From assembly GCF_006345805.1 (NCBI RefSeq), contig NW_021827830.1, positions 1 through 8,091 on the forward strand: DNA of 8,091 bases. Direction: 5' to 3'. Made by a program: the position numbers and the translations under genes. The stretch comes from Octopus sinensis (Eukaryota). The notes under the pieces were generated by a model. That model made no database searches and was not told the DNA's origin. It saw nothing but the letters and a program-made list of their open reading frames with translations. Positions 1-7,954 of the stretch are shown one piece after another; position 1 is the first letter of the stretch; every line of letters begins with the position of its first letter.

Positions 1-945
1 GTTGTACTAATCTTAAATAAAAATTGTACTACAACAATTTTTATAATCTAAAGGCTAAACTCCGTGAGTAAACTAAAAACATTTCGTTCCGAATCCGGAC
101 CTGCAATCCTGAATTTTTGGATTCCCAAGTTATCATTATTGTGATTGTTTCCGGCTGACTTTCTGCGACTATAACGATTTTTAATAAAAAAAATTGTACT
201 ATAACAGTTGTACTAATCTTAAATAAAAATTGTACTACAACAATTTTTATAATCTAAAGGCTAAACTCCGTGAGTAAACTAAAAACATTTCGTTCCGAAT
301 CCGGACCTGCAATCCTGAATTTTTGGATTCCCAAGTTATCATTATTGTGATTGTTTCCGGCTGACTTTCTGCGACTATAACGATTTTTAATAAAAAAAAT
401 TGTACTATAACAGTTGTACTAATCTTAAATAAAAATTGTACTACAGCAATTTTTATAATCTAAAGGCTAAACTCCGTGAGTAAACTAAAAACATTTCGTT
501 CCGAATCCGGACCTGCAATCCTGAAATTTTGGATTCCCAAGTTATCATTATTGTGATTGTTTCCGGCTGACTTTCTGCGACTATAACGATTTTTAATAAA
601 AAAATTGTACTATAACAGTTGTACTAATCTTAAATAAAAATTGTACTACAACAATTTTTATAATCTAAAGGCTAACTCCGTGAGTAAACTAAAACATTTC
701 GTTCCGAATCCGACCTGCAATCCTGAAATTTTGGATTCCCAAGTTATCGTTATTGTGATTGTTTCCGGCTGACTTTCTGCGACTATAACGATTTTTAATA
801 AAAAAATTGTGTACTAACAGTTGTACTAATCTTAAATAAAAATGTACTACAACACAATTTTTATAATCTAAAGGCTAAACTCCGTGAGTAAACTAAAAAC
901 ATTTCGTTCCGAATCCGGACCTGCAATCCTGAAATTTTGGATTCC
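1..945. repeat. Tandem array of ~206-bp units (about 4.6 copies visible, runs off the left edge)
   Basis: Unit start GTTGTACTAATCTTAAAT recurs at 1, 207, 413, 618 and 820. Copies are near-identical, differing mostly by small indels. The fifth copy matches up to ...TTTTGGATTCC at 945. Confidence 0.97.
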
Positions 946-1029
946 TCTGTTTTCATTACTGCGACTCTCTTTTCGGCGATTTTTTTTTATATGATTTTTT
1001 TTTTGCGACGAATAATGATCATCATTGGG

Positions 1030-1282
1030 ATACGTCTGCGACAATTTCATCTCAATCGAAGGAGAGGGGCTTTCTCCGTCCGGGTTGCGGATCCGTGGAA
1101 TAAGCTGCCAGGCGAGATGGTGAAGATGCTGACGACCGCTCGGTTCAAAGTCTCCCTTGACCTCAAGTGGCCTGAACTCTTTACATGAACACCACCCTGT
1201 ATATAACTCTATGTGTCCCCCTACATGGCCTTGCTTTTTGCTTTTTGAGCCAAAAAATTAACTAACTAACTAACTAGCTAAC
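1030..1282 (+). mobile_element. 5'-truncated CR1/L2-group LINE 3' end (ORF2 C-terminus, 3' UTR, (TAAC)n tail)
   Basis: Translation LRQFHLNRRRGAFSVRVADPWNKLPGEMVKMLTTARFKVSLDLKWPELFT* (stop 1186-1188) fits the R..FS.RV...WN.LP...V......FK..LD motif at the end of CR1/L2-type ORF2. A short UTR follows, then a TAAC tandem tail at ~1259-1282. Confidence 0.8.
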
Positions 1283-1398
1283 GACTCAGGAGGAAGTAAT
1301 TGCAGCAAATTCTTCAAAACAAATCAGAGATCTGTTTGCAAAACATTCCATTCAGGGTCAGTTGCTTAAAAGCTATATACTAGCTTAAAAACCACCCG

Positions 1399-1443
1399 AT
1401 ATATATATACATACATGCATACACACACACACACACACACACA
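1399..1443. repeat. Compound (TA)/(TACA)/(CA)n microsatellite
   Basis: Read directly from the sequence. Confidence 0.95.
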
Positions 1444-1444
1444 T

Positions 1445-1852
1445 TCTTTTATTCTTTCACACTTTTACTTGTTTCAGTCATTTAACTGCGGCCGTACTGG
1501 AACACCGCCTTTTAGTCGAAGAAATCGACTTCAGGACTTATTCTTCATAAGCCTGATACTTATTATATCTATCCCTTTTGCCGAACCGCTAAGTTACGGG
1601 TACTTAAACACACCAACATTGGTTGTTAATCGATGGTGTGTGTGTGTGTGTGTGTGGAAAACATAGACACAACGACACACACATAAATACACACCACTCA
1701 CCACTCACATATACGACGGGCTTCTTCCAGTTTTCGTCTACCAAATCCAATCACAAGACTTTAGTTGGCCTGAGGCTATAGTAAAACACATTTGCCCTAG
1801 GTGCCGTGTGGTTGGAAAGCAAGCTTCTTATCACACAGCCATGCCTGCACCT
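1445..1852 (-). mobile_element. tRNA-derived SINE (octopus-type, with internal microsatellite)
   Basis: Minus strand starts AGGTGCAGGCATGGCTGTGTGATAAG (A-box-like). It continues with CCTAGGGCAAATGTG and GATTTGGTAGACGAAAACTGGAAGAAGCCCGTCG, an internal TG/CA tract, and ends GACTGAAACAAGTAAAAG with an A-rich tail. This matches my recollection of an abundant octopus SINE; the family name is not verified. Confidence 0.8.
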
Positions 1853-1865
1853 CCACACATCAACT

Positions 1866-2040
1866 TATATATATATATATATATATAATATCTTTTGGTA
1901 TAGAGATAGAGTTACTTATATACATATATTTTGGTATATATAAATTATATATATATATATATATATAATTGGTATAGAGATTACTTATATATATATATAT
2001 TTTGGTATAGAGATTACTTATATATATAATAATATATATT
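1866..2040. repeat. (TA)n tract interrupted by about 4 copies of TTGGTATAGAGATTACTTA
   Basis: Full or partial motif copies at about 1894, 1929 (partial), 1969 and 2000, each separated by (TA)n. Confidence 0.9.
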
Positions 2041-2117
2041 TCTATTCCTGAGCGTTATACTAATACATCTGTTTGTTTTGTACACCACCTGTCTTCGTCT
2101 TTTGTTTTTTTCGTAAA

Positions 2118-2176
2118 CTCTCTCTCTCTCTATACATATATATATACACATACATACATACATACATACACACACG
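2118..2176. repeat. Compound (CT)/(TA)/(TACA)/(CA) microsatellite
   Basis: Read directly from the sequence. Confidence 0.9.
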
Positions 2177-2850
2177 CGCGAGTACATCTTTTTGCTTGTG
2201 TAGTATATTCCATGATACATGGAAAAGAGAATGCATTCGAAATATTACTGGGATATATACCAATATAAACATGAGTTGTTACTTTAAACTTGAATCCTTA
2301 AGTTTTATTTGAAACCAATATCTTTTTTTTTCAGTGAGTAAAAGACATACGTCTAGCCCAGATCGATACATATACGTTCTCAAACGAGAATTAATACGCT
2401 GTGACTGTGATAGGCTTAAAATCCAGATCTCAGCTAAATCTTCTCGACTCTCTATATGGCACGGAACTATAACAAGATTTAGTTTACTACCCATAATGCA
2501 TAGCGTAGCAGAACTATTCAGTACGTGTCATAAGTAAGAATAAGTAATCTCTATACCAAAATTTTATTCATGGAATAAGGGTATGGATCAATATCTAGTT
2601 TTAAGTAAGAGAGAGGGAACTCGCCCACCACAAGACACATTATGTAAAGGAAACAGAATTCCAGCATTCTCTTTCATTTAAAAAGAACATGAATTGTAAG
2701 ACTCAAAAAATTAGCAAGGGTGAACAAAACACCCCACTGATTTGAAATTAGATTTTATGTTTATATCAATTAAGGTAATAATAAAGTCACAAATTTGGGT
2801 CTTTCAGGTGTTTGTATTGTTTTCATTGAAGGACGAAATTCTTCAATAGG

Positions 2851-3088
2851 AATTATCACTGCTTCTAGTGTCCACCAAAGATTGCATTGATTGATGGATT
2901 GCTAATTAAAATAACAATGAATGCATGGGACAAAGGATGTCTCAGTGAAGTTGTAAAACTAGCTAAAGTTGAAGAAACCAATGAATGCGTTGAGCATTGG
3001 CCCACAACCTGATTTTCACACACAACAAAAATGGCCTTTTTATTCATACGCTTCTGACATATGGCATATCCTGTTCTACGATATTTAT
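2851..3088 (+). repeat. 238-bp dispersed direct repeat, copy 1
   Basis: AATTATCACTGCTTCTAG...CTACGATATTTAT matches 7695-7932 without gaps. I count 5 substitutions. Confidence 0.95.
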
Positions 3089-3620
3089 ATATGACAAGGC
3101 TCTGTGAAAGCAACCCAACAATCACTGTTACGCTTGAGAAATAGTGTCGTCGTTGAATGAAGAATGAGATCAGTGGGAAATGTTATTGAGATCTAGAACT
3201 GAATCAGTATTTGGTCTGGTTGATTCCATAAGCTGGACTATTTCCCCCTAGAGTTATCGGGAACGTGATAAATCACAATATGAGGAAGTGTGTTTCGAGG
3301 TCCAACTATGTCGATCCCACAAAATATGATAATGATATGAGCTCTATAGTCTCAACAGTCTTCGCAAGACGTTGATCCGTAAACTAGTTTTTGGTTCAGA
3401 GCATATTCGGTTGTTATACAGATTTTACGAACACCCTCTGTAAAAAAACGAGACGAGAAAGTTTTTTGCCCTTAAATAATAACAATCTTTTCATATCTAG
3501 GTTACATAATTAATCGAAGAAAATTGTAATCTGGTTTAACAGAACATCACATTAGAGACAAAATAGAAATATCTCTAAAGTCCTGAGATGATCTTCAGTA
3601 GGCTATTAGATCCAATATTA

Positions 3621-3999
3621 TCTGTATATATAAACGGCAAAATGTCTGTGTGTGTGTGTGTGTGTGTGTGTATCCTTTATACAAATCCACAATTTTTCAG
3701 TTAGAGGGCTCGCACTTTCTATGGTCATTTAAAACCGTCCAAGAGTGGTCGTGCACATCTTTACATTTCCCCAGTCACCCCACAAAGCCATTAAAAAATC
3801 AATAGAAGTGACTTTTTTTGTGAATTTTCTATCCAAAGCCCAATCAAAATGCCCGAAATTTGATACGCCAATTGAATGCCAGCTAGCTGTATGTGATTGG
3901 TCGGAGATTTGGACAGTACTCGCGTGTATGTGCGCACGCACGCAGCTGTATATGTATGCACTAGCAGTATGGCTCGGCGTTGCCAGGTCATAGTGCTAG
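3621..3999 (+). mobile_element. Non-autonomous Helitron (~379 bp)
   Basis: Starts A|TCTGTATATATAAA, followed by GTCT(GT)n. Ends with a GC-rich hairpin (CTCGGCGTTGCCAGG) a few nt before CTAG|T. It sits between A (3620) and T (4000) with no TSD. These are canonical Helitron termini. Confidence 0.75.
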
Positions 4000-4008
4000 T
4001 CCTAAATA

Positions 4009-4204
4009 AAGGCGGCGAGCTAGCAGAATGGTTAGCACGTCGGGCAAAAATGCTTAGCGGCATTTCCTCTATCTTTATGTTCTGAGCTCAAATTCCACTA
4101 ACGTCATCCTTTCGCACTGGGAGCACTGGGGTCGATGAAATCAACTTACCCTCTACCACGAATTTACGTGCCTTGTGCCAAATTTTGAAACGAATATTAT
4201 TATT
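4009..4204 (+). mobile_element. tRNA-derived SINE (second octopus-type family), internally deleted
   Basis: Starts AAGGCGGCGAGC. A-box-like TAGCAGAATGG at 4021-4031 and B-box-like GAGCTCAAATTCC at 4084-4096. 3' end GCCTTGTGCCAAATTTTGAAAC plus (ATT)n tail. Possible TSD TAAATA at 4003-4008 and 4205-4210. Confidence 0.8.
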
Positions 4205-5106
4205 TAAATATGAGTAAGCAGAATCAAGGTGATTCTGCAAGATAATTTGCTTCACAATTTGTAGAAAACATACCACTGTGTTCCTAAGGCTAAATTATAG
4301 TCTTCTATGTTTGTACAAGTGAGTATTGAGTATCAACCATTTGCGTTAGTAACGATTGCGGCAGCTCCTTTTTAAGTAGAATGCAATAATTCGCTTTTGA
4401 AAAAGATGTGATAATTAAAAAAAAAAAAAATAGGGAAGAAACAGATCGTCTTTTGTGTGATAATTTTGCAGCCGGGGGACAACTGAAAATCAGTATAAAG
4501 GCAGCCTTTAATGAACAGTAGTATTTGATACTTTGTATCTTTTAAACCTTGTCCTAATAACAGTTTTGCAGCCTTCACTTACACATTTCTAAAACTGTAT
4601 TTGACAACTGGTTTAATGAAAAACCTTAAGGGTAGTTATTCTCTAAGTTGCCGATCAGACAACCTAACTTTTAGACTGGTACATTAATTTTTATTGATTT
4701 ATATTGAGTTGAAAATTTCTGCATCTTGTTTTAACTGGACAATTATTTTAATATTTTTTTATCATTATACTTAAATTTAAATTTAGAATCTACTTTTTTT
4801 TAAAAGAAGCGTTCTTCATCTGAATTTTTAAGATTATTATACATTATACTTAAGCTTTTTATAATAAAACTTTTCATGACTATTTTTATAGATAATTTTG
4901 AATAATATATTTTAAAATGATTTTAATAATAATTTTTTTCAAAAATTACTCAATCCTATTGACTATTTTTCTATACATCCTATTCCGCTGTAATGTTATT
5001 TTCACCATAATAGTATATAGCGTAAAATAATATTTATAAATTACAAATCTAGGTAAGGAAATATATTACCATTATAATATTGCCTATATGTGTGAATATA
5101 GACATT

Positions 5107-5109
<3 letters not shown>

Positions 5110-5155
<46 letters not shown>
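5110..5155. repeat. (CA)n(TA)n microsatellite
   Basis: Read directly from the sequence. Confidence 0.95.
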
Positions 5156-5345
5156 TCGTGTTCTGTTGTACCTTCGAAACACGCTAGAGTTGAACTAGAG
5201 ACAGCTGATGAAGGGGATTTTTACTTGTGTAGTTTGTCTTGTACTCTGTTTTTCTGTTGTAAAAAAATGGTTTGTTCCATGCTTGTTTTTCCGTTTTCGT
5301 TTCTCGTTGAGTTCTACGTCTAGTTGTGGTGTCCTGTACTCTGTA
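5156..5345 (+). mobile_element. Probable decayed Penelope-like pseudo-LTR fragment
   Basis: Contains hammerhead-core-like pieces (CGAAACACGC 5175-5184, CTGATGAAGG 5205-5214) followed by a T-rich tract, and is bracketed by microsatellites. No intact fold. Confidence 0.4.
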
Positions 5346-5437
5346 TATATATTTATATATGCATGTAGATGTACATGTAGATGTAGGTACGTACATATAT
5401 GTTTGTATGTATGCATATATTTTATTTATTATTACAC

Positions 5438-5513
<76 letters not shown>
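5438..5513. repeat. (TA)n microsatellite, left flank of the ribozyme element
   Basis: Read directly from the sequence. Confidence 0.97.
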
Positions 5514-5519
<6 letters not shown>

Positions 5520-5912
5520 TTAATAAGGGTGAGAGAATTAGATACTAATTTAATAGTATATCTATTCAACACCAAGTGGCCTAGTGCTCCGAGAAACCTG
5601 GATTATTATAATATTTTATAATATATTATAATATTTTTACAAAATAATATAAGAGAATTTGCCCTGTCCGTGTGAGCTAACAATCGTACTGACTTTCATG
5701 GGAAACATGTATTTTTGTGGTTGAAACCTTTTGGATTAACTGGTGCTAGAGTGAGCCATATAGTGACCACTCTCTATATTTATTTTGTAAAATATTATAA
5801 ATATTTAAAATATTATAATAATCCGGTTTCTCGGAGCACTAGGCCACTTGGTGTTGAATAGATATACTATTAAATTAGTATGTAATTCTCTCACCCTTAT
5901 TAATTAATTATA
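5511..5912. repeat. Long inverted repeat: arms 5511-5656 and 5771-5912, 114-bp spacer
   Basis: TATAATTAATTAATAAGGGTGAGAGAATTA...CACCAAGTGGCCTAGTGCTCCGAGAAACC...ACAAAATAATATAAGAGA is the reverse complement of 5771-5912, and also of 6301-6445. Confidence 0.95.
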
Positions 5913-6073
5913 ATTATGCTGCATTTATTTCTAAATGCTGTATTTGTTTTCCGTGAAAGTTTGGCGCGCTGTTAGTTGGGGCATTTGAATTATAACGTCG
6001 GATGTAATCAATTGAACCACACGCGTATTTATCGTTATGGTAAAATCTGGCGTGTGATTGAGTGGATTTCATC

Positions 6074-6169
6074 CAGATAGTTTTGGCTGACGAGCTACAA
6101 GTGGATTTTTTTGTAAGTAAAATTACATTTAATTCATTAATAGCGAAACAATTGTCCCAAAATAATCTG
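6074..6169 (+). ncRNA. Type I hammerhead ribozyme, copy 1 (predicted cleavage after C6156)
   Basis: Stem I TTTTGG (6081-6086) / CCAAAA (6157-6162), extended by CAGAT/ATCTG. Core CTGACGA (6087-6093). Stem II GCTA (6094-6097) / TAGC (6141-6144). GAAA (6145-6148). Palindromic stem III ACAATTGT. GTC cleavage triplet at 6154-6156. Confidence 0.88.
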
Positions 6170-6606
6170 TATTTTTGTTATTTTTTATTTGCCCTGTCCG
6201 TGTGAGCTAACAATCGTACTGACTTTCATGGGACCATGTATTTTTTTGTTGTTGAAACCTTTTGGATTAACTGGTGCTAGAGTGAGCCTATAGTGACCAC
6301 TCTCTATATTTATTTTGTAAAATATTATAATATATTATAAAATATTATAATAATCCAGGTTTCTCGGAGCACTAGGCCACTTGGTGTTGAATAGATATAC
6401 TATTAAATTAGTATGTAATTCTCTCACCCTTATTAATTAATTATAATTATGCTGCATTTATTTCTAAATGCTGTATTTGTTTTCCGTGAAAGTTTGGCGC
6501 GCTGTTAGTTGGGGCATTTGAATTATAACGTCGGATGTAATCAATTGAACCACACGCGTATTTATCGTTATGGTAAAATCTGGCGTGTGATTGAGTGGAT
6601 TTCATC

Positions 6607-6701
6607 CAGATAGTTTTGGCTGACGAGCTACAAGTGGATTTTTTTGTAGTAAAATTACATTTAATTCATTAATAGCGAAACAATTGTCCCAAAATAATCT
6701 G
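6607..6701 (+). ncRNA. Type I hammerhead ribozyme, copy 2 (predicted cleavage after C6688)
   Basis: Same elements as copy 1: TTTTGG 6614-6619, CTGACGA 6620-6626, GCTA 6627-6630, TAGC 6673-6676, GAAA 6677-6680, GTC 6686-6688, CCAAAA 6689-6694. Confidence 0.88.
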
Positions 6702-6847
6702 TATTTTTGTTATGTTTTATTTGCCCTGTCCGTGTGAGCTAACAATCGTACTGACTTTCATGGGAAACATGTATTTTTGTGGTTGAAACCTTTTGGATTA
6801 ACTGGTGCTAGAGTGAGCCAATAGTGACCACTCTCTTATATTTATTT

Positions 6848-6848
<1 letters not shown>

Positions 6849-6885
<37 letters not shown>

Positions 6886-6921
6886 TATAAGCGTATGTGT
6901 ATACAGACACACACACACACA
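6849..6921. repeat. (TA)n then (CA)n microsatellites, right flank of the ribozyme element
   Basis: Read directly from the sequence. Confidence 0.92.
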
Positions 6922-7694
6922 CTAAAATATAAATGCTGAGATATAGTATGGCCAAGATAGGCCAAGTAGTTTGAATGCTAATGGTGATTGGGAACAAAGT
7001 GTAGTCTGTGAATTTCATTTTCTTTTACTGAACCCGAGTTTCCCATGATGCCTCCATGATTTGGCTCCATGATGCCTAATTTGATTCGATAATCTCCTTG
7101 TCTGATGAATTTGCTCTCATCCAAAGGATATATTTCAATTGGAGAAGCAATTGATTTCGTTCTTGGAATGAAATCAATGAAAGATGTAACACTTTGAATC
7201 TTCAGACAAGCAATATTCGTTAAAAAAAAAAGAAAAAAAAGGAGTTTCAGGACCATTAAACTTCAATTCAACTGAAGAATATTGAGATATGTAAATCTGG
7301 TCAAGTATTACGACTTAGTAAAAATAACACATAATTAACACCGATTGCTATTTGCACAATTTTCGACATATCAAATATTAGAAGGTAATATTTATCCCCA
7401 CTTAAAAGTGTTAGAACAAAGAATACTGCATTATTTATCATGATAGAATCTCTCATATGAACTTGTGGTGCAATATAAGTACTCGTGTTCGTATGGTCCG
7501 CTAACGTCGCCGGAACCGCTATATCACGTGATTTCGATCTTCTTTGGCCTTGTTAATGACAGACGTCCGTGGCTAGAGATATCAGCGACTCCCCATCAGC
7601 GATATACACTTAGTATTGATACTGCTTCCGTCGCCTATTAACTATTATCGAATATCAGCTTTACATTTCGCCAAGCAAAATTACATCAGTTAAA

Positions 7695-7932
7695 AATTAT
7701 CACTGCTTCTAGTGTCCACCAAAGATTGCATTGATTGATGGATTGCTAATTAAAATAACAATGAATGCATGGGACAAAGGATGTCTCAGTGAAGTTGTAA
7801 AACTAGCTAAAGTTGAAGAAGCCAATGAATGCGTTGAGCATTGGCCCACAACCTGATTTTCACTCACAACAAAAATGGCCTTTTTATTCATACACTTCTG
7901 ACATATGGCGTCTCCTGTTCTACGATATTTAT
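7695..7932 (+). repeat. 238-bp dispersed direct repeat, copy 2
   Basis: Matches 2851-3088 at an offset of 4844 bp. Confidence 0.95.
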
Positions 7933-7954
7933 TTTCTACATCCAGCCAAATACC

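Larger units (their letters stand above)
5511..6848 (+). mobile_element. Non-autonomous Penelope-like pseudo-LTR array / non-LTR retrozyme-like element with 5' inverted arm
   Basis: Tandem non-coding units that each carry a type I hammerhead, an inverted partial copy at the 5' end, (TA)n on both flanks, and no ORF of 60 aa or more inside. Confidence 0.8.
5657..6848 (+). repeat. Tandem repeat with ~531-bp period, 2.25 copies (5657-6186, 6187-6718, 6719-6848)
   Basis: GCCCTGTCCGTGTGAGCTAAC recurs at 5661, 6191 and 6723. Copies are near-identical. Confidence 0.97.

Noticed and set aside
1-945. 206-bp array as a CRISPR array or a ribozyme-containing repeat
   Set aside because: There are no unique spacers, since whole units repeat. 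I found no CTGANGA core on either strand of the unit.
937-1188. 83-aa ORF as a real gene
   Set aside because: Chimeric: the N-terminal part is T-rich, degenerate satellite sequence and only the C-terminal ~50 aa are a LINE ORF2 remnant.
1415-2537. Short ORFs at 1415, 2014, 2060, 2073, 2279 and 2334
   Set aside because: Most read through microsatellites or SINE sequence (HTHT, CVCV, YIYI). None has a recognisable domain.
3729-4578. Cluster of overlapping 60-90 aa ORFs
   Set aside because: They mostly span Helitron and SINE sequence on both strands, show no motifs, and are chance ORFs.
4600-5100. Very AT-rich stretch
   Set aside because: No repeats, ORFs or structure beyond base composition that I can support.
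5184-5523. ORFs of 65-103 aa
   Set aside because: Open only because (TA)n and T-rich tracts lack stop codons.
5688-5712. CTGACTTTCATGGGAAACATGTA as a second hammerhead within the unit
   Set aside because: The core is CTGACTT, not CTGANGA, there is no stem I, and GAAAC is altered in copy 2.
7095-7160. CTGATGA at ~7103 as another hammerhead
   Set aside because: No stem II followed by GAAA, and no matching stem I or cleavage triplet.
6978-7256. 92-aa minus-strand ORF with a signal-peptide-like N-terminus
   Set aside because: The hydrophobic start (LLFFLFFL) derives from a poly-A/T run, and there is no recognisable family or other support.
2851-7932. LTR retrotransposon bounded by the 238-bp repeats
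   Set aside because: No TG...CA termini, TSD, PBS, PPT or gag/pol remnants are visible.
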